DNA of 64,000 nt from an uncultured beta proteobacterium (lineage in GTDB: Bacteria > Pseudomonadota > Gammaproteobacteria > Burkholderiales > Casimicrobiaceae), in contig CAVOHM010000006.1 of assembly GCA_963695725.1 (NCBI GenBank), positions 142,463 to 206,462 of the forward strand. Reading direction: 5' to 3'. Every line of letters starts with the position of its first letter. Position 1 is the stretch's first letter. A model generated the notes under the pieces. That model did not search any database. It was given only the letters and a program-made list of their open reading frames with translations, and was not told where the DNA came from. The translations under genes and the position numbers were made by a program. Shown piece after piece: positions 37,261 to 46,999 of this stretch.

Positions 37261-38190
37261 TTACGCCACGCTCGGCCGGAAGCGCACCGTCGCCGAAAGG
37301 CCGGCGCCAGGGTGAAGCGTTAGCATACCGGTATCGTCGCGACCTTGCGCGGCGAGATTGAACGCATCGGTGCAGTGGCTGACCGGCTCGACGCAGAAGA
37401 AATCCTCGCCGGCCGGCGAATAGACGACCAGAAACCCAAGGGGCGGGCTCGCGTCGAGGACAAGCCGAGCGCCGGTTTCGGGCCAGACGATACTGGCCTG
37501 CCGCTGCCAGCCGGTGAAGGCGTTGTCGAGCGCCACGTCGGCGACCGGCAATCCGGCCTCGTTGCAAAGCCGGGGATCGGCGGCGGTCAATGCCGTTGGC
37601 ATCACTTCGGCATCGGTTGCCCACATCGCGTCGACGCGGGCCACGAGCCGGCAACTCGCCGTCCGGGGGAAGTAGGGATGCAGGCCCAGGCCGGCCGGCA
37701 TCGCCTCGCGGCCGCGGTTCTCGATCGACAGCGTGACCTGCAGCTCGTTTTCGGAAAGCACAAAGTCCTGCCGCGCGCGATACGGAAACGGCCAGGCGCC
37801 GGCCGGGTGATCGTATTCGATCGCGAGCCGGTCGGCGGCGCGTTCGACGACGTGCCATGCGGACTGCCAGCCCTGGCCATGCTCGGCGTGCGGTTCCGGC
37901 CACTGGTTCAGGGGCAACTGGACGGCATGCCCGCCGAATCCGAACCGGCCATCGCGGATCCGGTTGGAAAACGGGACCAGCGGAAAACACCCCAGCCGGT
38001 CGGCCATCCGGGACGCGAGATCCGCCAGCGTGGCCGGCCGCAGCCAATCATGCTTGCGCGGGCCTTCGCGCCAATGGAAATGCGTGAGCGATCCGCCGAT
38101 GCCAGGCGCGATGCCGGCGACAGCGCGATCCGCGCGAAGCGTGATGACAGTGCCGGTGTCGTCCATGCGAAGGAAGGAATGGCGGACCAT
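37261..38190 (-). CDS. Aldose 1-epimerase-family protein
   Basis: ORF 37261..38190, 309 aa (alternative start 38166). It carries GFPLVPFSNRI, HG.GW and LGLHPYF motifs. Confidence 0.8.
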   Translation of the reverse strand: MVRHSFLRMDDTGTVITLRADRAVAGIAPGIGGSLTHFHWREGPRKHDWLRPATLADLASRMADRLGCFPLVPFSNRIRDGRFGFGGHAVQLPLNQWPEPHAEHGQGWQSAWHVVERAADRLAIEYDHPAGAWPFPYRARQDFVLSENELQVTLSIENRGREAMPAGLGLHPYFPRTASCRLVARVDAMWATDAEVMPTALTAADPRLCNEAGLPVADVALDNAFTGWQRQASIVWPETGARLVLDASPPLGFLVVYSPAGEDFFCVEPVSHCTDAFNLAAQGRDDTGMLTLHPGAGLSATVRFRPSVA

Positions 38191-38299
38191 GCCGCCGTTG
38201 CGGCGACGAAACGGCGGCGCACGCCGCCGCCCCGGAACACCAAGGCCGCCCGATTGAGCTTAAAGTATCGGGGATGCACTGACAAGGAAGCAGGGCGAC

Positions 38300-39070
38300 A
38301 TGAGCGAACAGTTTGCGCGTTATCCGAGCCTCGTCGACAAAGTCGTTTTCGTCACCGGCGGCGGGTCGGGCATCGGGGCCGGCATCGTCGAGCACTTCTG
38401 TGCGCAGCAGGCGAACGTCGCGTTCGTCGACATCGACGCTGCTGCCTCGAGCGCATTGTGCAGGCGCATCGAGGAGGCCGGCTTGCGCGTGCCGCGCTTC
38501 ATCCCTTGCGACCTGCGCGACGTCGCAGCCCTGCAGGCGATCATCGCGCGCGTTGGAAATGAGGCCGGTCCGGTCACGGCGCTCGTCAACAATGCCGCCA
38601 ACGACGACCGGCACAAGGCGACGGACGTCACGCTCGACTACTGGAACGATCGCATTGCCGTCAACCTGCGGCACCAATTCTTCGCGGCGCAGGCCGTCTA
38701 TCCGCAGATGAAGGCGGCGGGGACGGGATCGATCGTCAACTTCGGCTCGATCAGCTGGATGAACAGCGAAGGCGGATACAACGCCTACACCACGTCGAAG
38801 GCGGCCGTGCACGGGATGACGCGCGGCCTGGCACGGGACTGGGGCGTGGACCGGATCCGTGTCAACACCGTGGTTCCGGGGTGGGTGATGACGGAGCGGC
38901 AGATCAAGCTGTGGCTGGATGCGGACGGCGAACGACAGTTGTTCGAGAACCAGTGCCTCAAGGAGAAACTCTATCCCCCCGATATCGCGCGGATGGTGCT
39001 CTGGCTCGCCGCCGACGACAGCCGGCTGTGCACCGCGCAGAATTTCATCGTCGACGCCGGCTGGACCTGA
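38300..39070 (+). CDS. Short-chain dehydrogenase/reductase (sugar 1-dehydrogenase-like)
   Basis: ORF 38300..39070, 256 aa. It carries TGGGSGIG, NNAA and YTTSKAA, and is divergent from the epimerase. Confidence 0.9.
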   Translation: MSEQFARYPSLVDKVVFVTGGGSGIGAGIVEHFCAQQANVAFVDIDAAASSALCRRIEEAGLRVPRFIPCDLRDVAALQAIIARVGNEAGPVTALVNNAANDDRHKATDVTLDYWNDRIAVNLRHQFFAAQAVYPQMKAAGTGSIVNFGSISWMNSEGGYNAYTTSKAAVHGMTRGLARDWGVDRIRVNTVVPGWVMTERQIKLWLDADGERQLFENQCLKEKLYPPDIARMVLWLAADDSRLCTAQNFIVDAGWT

Positions 39071-39073
39071 ACG

Positions 39074-39094
39074 CGCCTGCCATCGCGGCAGGCG
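39074..39094 (+). terminator. GC-rich hairpin (8-bp stem, 5-nt loop) just after the SDR stop; weak terminator candidate
   Basis: Read as CGCCTGCC-ATCGC-GGCAGGCG. No U-tract follows, so the function is uncertain. Confidence 0.3.
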
Positions 39095-39237
39095 AGCATC
39101 AAGGACGGTTGTCGAGAATCGAGCGATCGCGGTCTGTTTTCGCCGCTGGCCGCGGCAGCGTGGCAGAATGCCCGTCTGATGATGGGATTCTGTGATCAAG
39201 GCTGCGCCGGTCCGACGCGAAGGCGGGCGTCGTTGCC

Positions 39238-40677
39238 GTGAACGCGCCGAATGTTGCCGCGCAGTCCGTCGAAACGCCCGACATTGCCGTGGCCGCGCTT
39301 GTCGCGCGTTCCCGCGCCGCGCAGCGCGAATTCGAGACATGGACGCAGGAGCGCGTGGACGAGGCCGTCACCGCGGCTGCGTGGGCGATCGTCGAGCCCG
39401 GCCGCAACCGCGCGCTGGCGGAACTCGCCGTGCGCGACACGGGTCTCGGTGACGTCGCCGACAAGGTCGCGAAGAACCGGCGCAAGACGATCGGCCTCCT
39501 GCGCGATTTGAGGGGCGCAAGATCGGTCGGCGTGATCAGCGCGGATCCTGCGCACGGCCTGGTCGAGATCGCGCGGCCGGTCGGGGTTGTCGCCGCGATC
39601 ACGCCATCGACGAACCCCGCCGCGACACCGGCGAACAACATCCTCAATGCGTTGAAGGGCCGCAACGCGATCATCCTGGCGCCGTCGCCGAAGGGGCAAT
39701 CCACGCTCGGCCTGTTGCTGGAATACGTGCACGCGGAACTGGACCGGGTCGGCGCGCCCCGTGACCTGGTGCTGAAGCTTCCCGCGCCGACGTCGCGCGA
39801 AGAGACCTACGCGCTCATGCGGCAGGCGGATCTCGTCGTCGCGACGGGGTCGCAGAACAACGTGCGCGCCGCCTACGAAAGCGGGACGCCGGCCGTGGGT
39901 GTCGGCGCCGGCAACGTCGCGGTGATCGTCGACGAGACGGCCGACGTGGCCGATGCGGCCGCAAAGATTGCCCGCTCGAAGACGTTCGACCACGCGACGT
40001 CCTGCTCGTCCGAGAACAGCGTGATCGCGGACGCGAGCGTGTACGCAGCGCTGCTGGCCGCGCTCACCGGCGAAGGCGGCGTGCTGCTCGACGCCGGCGA
40101 AGCGCAGCGGCTGGAGACGGCGATGTTCGGCGGCGGCAAGCTCGCGAGCGCTTTCGTCGCGCAGTCCGCGAGCGCGATCGCCGCGCTGGCCGGGCTCGAG
40201 CGACCGGCCGTTCGCGCCGCGAAGTTCCTGCTCGTCGCCGAAACCGGCGTAGGCGCGGAGCACCCGTTTTCCGGCGAGAAGCTGTCACCCGTGCTGGCGC
40301 TCTATCGCGCTGACGATTTTGCCGCCGCCGTTACGCTCGCCGAGGAGCTGTTGCGCTACCAGGGCGCGGGGCACTCGGTCGGGCTTCACACGCGCATGCC
40401 CGAGCGCGCGCTGCATCTGGGATTGACGCTGCCGGTCTGCCGTGTGATCGTCAACCAGGCGCACTGCTTCGCGACGGGCGGCAGCTTCGACAACGCGCTG
40501 CCATTTTCGCTGTCGATGGGCTGCGGCACCTGGGGCGGCAACAGCATTTCGGACAATCTCAACTACCGGCACTTCCTCAATATCACGCGGGTCGTGCATC
40601 CGCTGCCTCCGGAGCGCGTCCACGAGCCGGCCGACGCGGAATTCTTCGCGAGCTATCGCAAGAAGCACGGGCTGTAA
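39238..40677 (+). CDS. CoA-acylating aldehyde dehydrogenase (EutE/PduP/SauS-like)
   Basis: GTG-start ORF 39238..40677, 479 aa. It carries ITPSTNPAATP and the catalytic Cys context HATSCSSENS, and lacks the features of hydrolytic ALDHs. Confidence 0.85.
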   Translation: MNAPNVAAQSVETPDIAVAALVARSRAAQREFETWTQERVDEAVTAAAWAIVEPGRNRALAELAVRDTGLGDVADKVAKNRRKTIGLLRDLRGARSVGVISADPAHGLVEIARPVGVVAAITPSTNPAATPANNILNALKGRNAIILAPSPKGQSTLGLLLEYVHAELDRVGAPRDLVLKLPAPTSREETYALMRQADLVVATGSQNNVRAAYESGTPAVGVGAGNVAVIVDETADVADAAAKIARSKTFDHATSCSSENSVIADASVYAALLAALTGEGGVLLDAGEAQRLETAMFGGGKLASAFVAQSASAIAALAGLERPAVRAAKFLLVAETGVGAEHPFSGEKLSPVLALYRADDFAAAVTLAEELLRYQGAGHSVGLHTRMPERALHLGLTLPVCRVIVNQAHCFATGGSFDNALPFSLSMGCGTWGGNSISDNLNYRHFLNITRVVHPLPPERVHEPADAEFFASYRKKHGL

Positions 40678-40688
40678 CGGGGTTACCG

Positions 40689-42198
40689 ATGCAGACCCTG
40701 CGTGACGTGATCGATCGGCACGCCGATGCGCAACCGCGCGCGCCGTTTCTGTTCGCGCCAGAGACCGGCACCGAGTTGACCTACGCGAATCTTCGGGCGG
40801 ACGCCCGATCGCTTTGCGCCGAACTTTCCGCGCAGGGGATCGCGCCTGGCGAAGTGGTGTCGTACATGCTGCCCAACGGCGTTGCCGCCGCCAGCGTCTT
40901 CCTTGGCGGGATGTACGGCGGCTACATCGTCTCGCCGGTGAGCCTTCTCGCGCAGGATGCGCTGATCGAACACACGCTCGCGCACTCCGAAACGCGGATC
41001 GTCTACGCTGCACCCGAGTTCGTCGCGCGCCTGCGCGCGATCATCGCGCGGATCGGCAGCCGCGCCGTGGTACGGCCGGCGTCGCCGGACAGCCTCGACC
41101 TGGTTCCCGCATCCGGTGCCAGGTCGGGGCCGGTCCCCGTGCCCACGACACCGGCGATGCTGATGTACACATCGGGCACCACCGGCACGCCCAAGGGCGC
41201 GCTGTTATCCCATGGCAACCTGATTCACGCCGGCCGGTCCGTTGCAACTGCGCACCAGTTCACACCCTCCGATCGCGTCCTGTCGTCGCTGCCGCTCTAC
41301 CACGTGAATGGCCAGAGCATCGGAACCGTCTCGCCCCTCGTTTCGGGCGGGAGCATCGTGATCCCGCATCGCTTCAGCGCGTCGCGCTGGTGGCCGCTCG
41401 TGGAGCGCTATCGGCCGACGTGGCTCAACGTCGTCCCGACCATCATCGCCTACCTGATCAACGGACCGGACCTGACACCCGCGCAGGCCGCGGCATGCGC
41501 CGGCATCCGGTTCGCCCGCTCGGCGTCGGCGCCGTTGCCACCGGAGCATCATCGCGCGTTCGAAGCGCGCTTCGGCATCTCGGTGCTGGAGGCGATGGGG
41601 TTGACCGAGTGCGCATCGGTTGCGTTCGCGAATCCGCTCGACCCCGGCGAGCGCAGGATCGGCTCCCCGGGCCGGCCGCTGGGCATGGAGGCGCGCGTCC
41701 GGGCGCCCGACGGCAGCGACGCTGGCGGATGGAGCGCGCGGCGAGATCGAGCTTCGCGGCGACAATGTGATGCTCCGTTACCACAAGGATCCGGACGCGA
41801 CGGCTCGAACGCTGCACGCCGGCGGCTGGCTTGCCACCGGGGATCTCGGTTATCGCGACGCCGACGGTTTCTATTTCATCACGGGCCGGCTGAAGGAACT
41901 CATCATCAAAGGTGGCGAGAACATTGCGCCGCGCGAGATCGACGAGGCGTTGCTGGCGCACCCTGCCGTGCTCGAGGCGGCGGCAGTCGGGATTCCGGAT
42001 CCGGAATACGGACAGGAGATCCTCGCGTGCGTCGTGCTGAAAACGGGCGCCGCGTGTACGGAGGCCGAACTCCGCGCGCATTGCCTCGCAGTGCTCGGCC
42101 GCTACAAGACTCCGAAGGCGTTTCGTTTTATCGCGGAGCTGCCGAAAGGGCCATCGGGCAAGGTGCAACGACTGAAGCTCGTGACGGCCGGCGGTTGA
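40689..42198 (+). pseudogene. AMP-forming acyl-CoA synthetase/ligase (SauT-like), net +1 frameshift at ~41718
   Basis: Frame 1 (ORF 40689..) carries the AMP motif MYTSGTTGTPKGA and runs to ...EARVRAPDGS. Homology continues in ORF 41620..42198: TLADGARGEIELRGDNVMLRYHKDPDAT...GWLATGDLGYRDADGFYFITGRLKELIIKGGENIAPREID...KTPKAFRFIAELPKGPSGKVQR. Confidence 0.85.
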
Positions 42199-42301
42199 TA
42201 TGGGCCCGCAGTACCGGTACATTGGTGCGCGCTGCGGCTATCGTCGACGATCACCGTGGCCGGCGGACCGGGTAAAGGTTGTGCACCCAACGAGAGAGGA
42301 G

Positions 42302-43285
42302 ATGGCGATGATCACACTCAACGCACGTCGTGCCGTAGTGGGCGCATTGGCGGGAGTCTGTTTGGGCCTGGCCATGGGAACAGCGGGCCTGGCCGCGGCG
42401 CAGGAAGCGTACCCGACGCGTCCGATCGAATTCATCGTCCCGTGGGGACCGGGCGGAGGCGCCGACCAGGTGGCGCGCAAGGCTGGCGCGATCCTGGAGC
42501 CGATGCTCAAGGTGTCGTTCCCGGTCATCAACGTGGCCGGCGCTTCCGGGCAGACGGGGCTCGCCAAGATGCTGACGGCGGCGAACGACGGCTACACCAT
42601 TTCGATCATGACCGGCGATACGTTCGGCACGCAGGCGGCCGGAAAGCCCAGCTGGAAATTCTCGGACATCACGCCGGTAGCGATCATGATCAAGCAGCCG
42701 TCGGCGTTCTTCGTTCCGGTCGCGAGCCCGATCAAGACGTGGAATGACCTGGTGGCCGAAGCGCGCAAGCGTCCGCTGAAAGTCGCGGTCACGGGATTTG
42801 GCACGCCGGACGACATCACCGTGAACTACTTCACGAAGAAGGGAATCAATCTGCAGTCGGTGCCCTTCGCCAAGCCGGGCGAGCGCTATACGGCGATCCT
42901 CGGCGGCCACGCCGACCTGTTGTACGAGCAGCTGGGCGACGTGAAGAGTTTCCTCGAAAGCAAGCAGATGCGCCCGATCGTCATCTTCGACAACGAGCGC
43001 TTCCCGCTCTATCCTGATGTCCAGACGTGCGTCGAGATCGGGCACCCGGTGATCATCAACCAGTTCCGCATGGTGATCGTCAAGGCGGGCACCGATCCGC
43101 AGAAGGTCAAGGTGCTGGCGGACGCGTTGGCCAAGGTGGCGGCGAGCGACGACTACAAGACCTACCTGGTGGACCAGTACGCGGACCCGAAAAGCTATCT
43201 GCCCGGAGCGGACGCGCAGGGCTTTCTCAATAACGAACTCAACAACATGAAGAAATTTGCCAAGGAAGCGGGCATGGCGCAGTAG
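42302..43285 (+). CDS. tctC: Tripartite tricarboxylate transporter (TTT) substrate-binding protein, Bug/TctC family
   Basis: Internal ATG of ORF 42200..43285 with GAGAGAGGA upstream. It has a signal peptide and the Bug hallmark YPTRPIEFIVPWGPGGGAD. Confidence 0.9.
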   Translation: MAMITLNARRAVVGALAGVCLGLAMGTAGLAAAQEAYPTRPIEFIVPWGPGGGADQVARKAGAILEPMLKVSFPVINVAGASGQTGLAKMLTAANDGYTISIMTGDTFGTQAAGKPSWKFSDITPVAIMIKQPSAFFVPVASPIKTWNDLVAEARKRPLKVAVTGFGTPDDITVNYFTKKGINLQSVPFAKPGERYTAILGGHADLLYEQLGDVKSFLESKQMRPIVIFDNERFPLYPDVQTCVEIGHPVIINQFRMVIVKAGTDPQKVKVLADALAKVAASDDYKTYLVDQYADPKSYLPGADAQGFLNNELNNMKKFAKEAGMAQ

Positions 43286-43369
43286 GCACGTCGTACCGGC
43301 GCCGCGGCTGCAGGGGCGGGCCGCGGCCGCTTGCGTTGCCCCGCTCCTTTGAAATACTTGACACTGGTC

Positions 43370-43939
43370 ATGGCCATGCGCCGCAAAGCCGCTCGCATCG
43401 CGCCGTACGGCATCGTGCTCGCGATCGCCGGGTATCTCTACTACAGCGCCAGCCAGATCGAATACTTCGCGCCGGGCGGACGCATCGGGCCCGATTTCTG
43501 GCCCAAGATGGTGCTGATCCTGATGATCGCCACCTGCGTCTACGAGATCGTCAAGATCGGCTTGTTCTCGCGGGACGAAACGGTGAGCGGGGTGCTGCAG
43601 ACCCTTTCCGCATCGCCGCCGGCGCATGAGAGCGATCCGGCAGACGCGACGGGCGGCCGAACCTACCCGCTGCTGCTGATCCTCGGCATCGCGGCCACCG
43701 TGCTCTATGCGGCGGTGGTGCCGGTCGCCGGATTCTTTCTCACCACCCTCGTGTACCTGGTGGCGTTCATGTACGTCGGGCGCTACCGCAGGATGGGCAT
43801 CGCGTTTGGCGTGAGCCTCGTCGGCACGCTGCTCATGCTCTACTTCTTCATGAAGGTGGCCTACATCTCGCTGCCCATCGGCACTGCGCCGTTCTCGGCG
43901 GTGAGCCTCTACCTGATGCAGATCATGGGTGTCAGGTAG
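43370..43939 (+). CDS. tctB: TTT small membrane subunit (TctB family)
   Basis: ORF 43331..43939, with internal Met starts at 43370/43376. It has four TM segments and sits between tctC and tctA. Confidence 0.75.
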   Translation: MAMRRKAARIAPYGIVLAIAGYLYYSASQIEYFAPGGRIGPDFWPKMVLILMIATCVYEIVKIGLFSRDETVSGVLQTLSASPPAHESDPADATGGRTYPLLLILGIAATVLYAAVVPVAGFFLTTLVYLVAFMYVGRYRRMGIAFGVSLVGTLLMLYFFMKVAYISLPIGTAPFSAVSLYLMQIMGVR

Positions 43940-43947
43940 GCGCTGCA

Positions 43948-45453
43948 ATGGATGTGCTGCAGCATCTCGCGACGGGATTCCTGCATGTGCTGGCGCCGGC
44001 CAATCTGCTGTCGCTGGTCATCGGCCTCGTGCTGGGCCTGCTGGTCGCGGTGCTGCCCGGGCTGACGCTGGTGATGGGGGTGGTGCTGGCGCTGCCGTTT
44101 ACGTACCACATGCAGATCACGCCCGCGATCATCCTGCTGACCGCGATGTACGTGTCGGGCACCTATGCCGGGGCCTGGACATCGATCCTGTTCCGCGTGC
44201 CCGGCGAGCCGATGGACGTGCCGCTGCTCTGGGACGGCTACACGATGGCGCGCAAGGGCGGCGCGGCCGCGGCGCTGGGCTGGACCCTTGTGTCGGCGCT
44301 GTTCGGCGGCCTCGTTTCGGCCACCGTGATGGTGACGCTGGCGCAGCCCATTGCCGATGTTGCGCTGACCTTTTCGACGCCCGAGTATTTTGCCGTCATC
44401 TTCTTCGGACTGGTGAGCGTCGGGTCGCTGGGAGGAGGCTCGATGACCAACGCCTTCATCAGCCTCTTCTTCGGACTCCTCATCTCGACCGTCGGCGTCG
44501 ACGACATCTACGGCGCCGAGCGTTTCGTGTTCGGCGTGCCGCTGTTCAAGGACGGGATCGACTACCTTGTGGTGATGGTGGGCGCGTACGGCCTGGGCGA
44601 GGTGTTCTCGCGGATGGAAAAGGGCTTCGTCTCGGTGCCGGTGGAGAGCGCCGGCGACGTCCGGACACGCTTGCCCACGTTCAAGGAAATCATGGCTACC
44701 AAGATGACGTTCCTTCGCGGTTCGTTCATCGGCATCGTCGTCGGGCTCGTGCCCGGCGCGGGCGCCACCATCGCGTCATTCGTGTCCTACGGCAGCGAAC
44801 TGCAATACGGGAAGAAGAAGGACCAATTGGGCACGGGCATCCCGGAGGGCATCATCGCACCGCAGACCGCTGCCACCTCGTCGGTGGGCGGGGCGCTGAT
44901 CCCGCTGGTGACCATGGGCATACCGGGAAGCGGCGCCACTGCGATCATCCTGGGGGCGTTTCTCCTGCACGGACTGCAGCCCGGACCGCAGGTCTTCAAG
45001 ACGTCGCCCGAGATCGTCTATGCGATGTTCGCCTCGCTGTTCGTGGGCATCATCGGCATGTGCGTCATCGGCTACTTCGCGGCGAAGATGATGGTCAAGG
45101 TCCTGGAGTTGCCGGAGTCGATCGTCTCCGCCTACGTGGTGATGTGCTGCTTTCTCGGCGCCTACGCGTCCCGCAACAACGTCACCGACCTCTGGCTGCT
45201 GACGGGCTTCGGCATCGTGGGTTATCTCTTCGAGCGCTTCCGGTTCCCCATTACGCCGCTGGTGCTGGGCGTGATCCTGGGACCGCTCGCGGAAACCAGC
45301 TTCATGACGACCATGGTCAGCTTCAACAACGACTGGACCGTGTTCTTCACGCGCCCCATCAGCGGAATTCTCATGATGATGGCGTGCATCGCGCTGGTCT
45401 ACCCGCTGGTGCGGCACCGGCTGCAGCAGCGCAAGGTGCGGCGCGCGAGGTGA
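43948..45453 (+). CDS. tctA: TTT large membrane subunit (TctA family)
   Basis: ORF 43948..45453, 501 aa, polytopic. It carries TctA motifs (GLLVAVLPGLT, GIVVGLVPGAGATIASF). Confidence 0.9.
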   Translation: MDVLQHLATGFLHVLAPANLLSLVIGLVLGLLVAVLPGLTLVMGVVLALPFTYHMQITPAIILLTAMYVSGTYAGAWTSILFRVPGEPMDVPLLWDGYTMARKGGAAAALGWTLVSALFGGLVSATVMVTLAQPIADVALTFSTPEYFAVIFFGLVSVGSLGGGSMTNAFISLFFGLLISTVGVDDIYGAERFVFGVPLFKDGIDYLVVMVGAYGLGEVFSRMEKGFVSVPVESAGDVRTRLPTFKEIMATKMTFLRGSFIGIVVGLVPGAGATIASFVSYGSELQYGKKKDQLGTGIPEGIIAPQTAATSSVGGALIPLVTMGIPGSGATAIILGAFLLHGLQPGPQVFKTSPEIVYAMFASLFVGIIGMCVIGYFAAKMMVKVLELPESIVSAYVVMCCFLGAYASRNNVTDLWLLTGFGIVGYLFERFRFPITPLVLGVILGPLAETSFMTTMVSFNNDWTVFFTRPISGILMMMACIALVYPLVRHRLQQRKVRRAR

Positions 45454-45456
45454 ATC

Positions 45457-46530
45457 GTGGCCATGATCGATCGACTGAATCTGTACCGTCTGGAAGTGCC
45501 GCTCACAACGCCGTACAAGCTTGCGTTCGGCCCCGTGACGAAGTTCGACACCATCGTGGTCGAGGCGCTGGGCGCCGAGGGTGGGATCGGGCTGGGCGAA
45601 GCCACGCTGCTCACGGGGTATACCGACGAGACGATCGACGGGAGCTGGAACCTGATGCAACAGCTGGCTGCGGGTATTCCCGGCCAGGCCGCGGAGCGCT
45701 GCATCGAACGGGTCGCGAGCGTGACGCGAACCGCGCCGTTCGCCGCCACCGCGCTGGCGACGGCCATGGAGATGCTGCTCGCCAATCCGTGGTTGCGTGT
45801 GCGGCAGCCGGCGCGTGTGCCGCTGCTCGGATTGGTGAACGGCACCGGTGCCGCGGACCTCGAGGTCGAGATCGCGCGACTGCTGAGCGATGGCTTTCGC
45901 ACGCTCAAGGTGAAGGTAGGCTTCGACGTGGAGCGGGACGCGCGTCGGGTCAGCCTGATCCAGCAAGCGGTCGCCGGCCGATGCCGTTTGCGCATCGATG
46001 CCAACCAGGGTTACGACAGGGAACAGGGTTGCGCCTTCGCTGCCGCGCTCGACCCGACCGGGATCGAGTTGTTCGAGCAGCCCTGCGCTGCCGGCGACTG
46101 GGACGCGGCGCAGGCCGTGGCCGCCGTGTCGCCCGTCCCGATGATGCTGGACGAATCGATCTACGGCGTCGCCGACATCGAACGCGCGGCCGAGCTTGGC
46201 GCGGCACGCTTCATCAAGCTCAAGCTGATGAAAATGGGCAGCCTCGATCGTCTCGCGCGGTCCATTCGGCGCATCCGCGAACTCGGCATGGAGCCCGTGC
46301 TCGGCAACGGCGTCGCGGGAGAAGTCGGCTGCTGGATGGAAGCCTGCGTCGCCCGCGAGTTGATCACCAACGCGGGCGAGATGAACGGATTCCTGAAGCC
46401 GGTCGCGCCTCTGCTGCAAGATCCGGTGCGCTTCGAGGACGGCGCGCTGGTGCTGGCAGCGGGCTATGCGCCGCGCCTGGATCCACAAGCCGTGTCGCGA
46501 TACGCCGTGGCTCGTGCCACCTATCACTGA
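45457..46530 (+). CDS. Enolase-superfamily enzyme of the muconate-lactonizing-enzyme (MLE: racemase/epimerase/cycloisomerase) subgroup
   Basis: ORF 45457..46530 (GTG; ATG at 45463 is equally possible). It carries KxK (LKVKVG), the metal ligands RIDANQGY / ELFEQP / MLDES and a second base Lys (KLKLMKMG). It does not resemble methylaspartate ammonia-lyase as I remember it. Confidence 0.8.
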   Translation: MAMIDRLNLYRLEVPLTTPYKLAFGPVTKFDTIVVEALGAEGGIGLGEATLLTGYTDETIDGSWNLMQQLAAGIPGQAAERCIERVASVTRTAPFAATALATAMEMLLANPWLRVRQPARVPLLGLVNGTGAADLEVEIARLLSDGFRTLKVKVGFDVERDARRVSLIQQAVAGRCRLRIDANQGYDREQGCAFAAALDPTGIELFEQPCAAGDWDAAQAVAAVSPVPMMLDESIYGVADIERAAELGAARFIKLKLMKMGSLDRLARSIRRIRELGMEPVLGNGVAGEVGCWMEACVARELITNAGEMNGFLKPVAPLLQDPVRFEDGALVLAAGYAPRLDPQAVSRYAVARATYH

Positions 46531-46546
46531 TCGTGTTTCGCGCCCC

Positions 46547-46984
46547 ATGTCGAATTGGACCTTGATCACCGGCGTCATCGGCTCCGACACGCACATCGTC
46601 GGCAATCGCATCCTGTCGATGGCGCTGGAAAAGGCCGGCTACAAAGTCGTCGCATTGGGCGCGCTCACGCCGGCGGCGGAGTTCGTCAAGGCGGCCGTGG
46701 AGACCAATGCCGACGCCATCCTGATATCGTCGCTGTATGGCCAGGGGGAGCTCGACTGCCGCGGCTTTCGCGACCTGTGCATCGAGGCGGGGCTCGAGCA
46801 CATCCTGATCTACGTCGGCGGCAATCTGGTCGTGGGCAAGCAGGCCTGGGACGAAGTCGAGCGACGCTTCGTCGCCATGGGCTTCGACCGGGCCTTCCCG
46901 CCCGGCACCCGGACCGACGACGTGATTCGCATCCTCGCGCAGGACTTCGCGGCGCGCGCGCCGGAAATGCCGCCGCAGCGGTGA
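46547..46984 (+). CDS. glmS: Glutamate (methylaspartate) mutase small subunit, B12-binding (sigma/S)
   Basis: Internal ATG of ORF 46466..46984, 145 aa. The sequence TLITGVIGSDTHIVGNRIL contains DxHxxG. SSLYGQGELDC and YVGGNLVVGKQ are close, position by position, to clostridial MutS/GlmS. Confidence 0.9.
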   Translation: MSNWTLITGVIGSDTHIVGNRILSMALEKAGYKVVALGALTPAAEFVKAAVETNADAILISSLYGQGELDCRGFRDLCIEAGLEHILIYVGGNLVVGKQAWDEVERRFVAMGFDRAFPPGTRTDDVIRILAQDFAARAPEMPPQR

Positions 46985-46999
46985 CGGGTCGACCTCACG

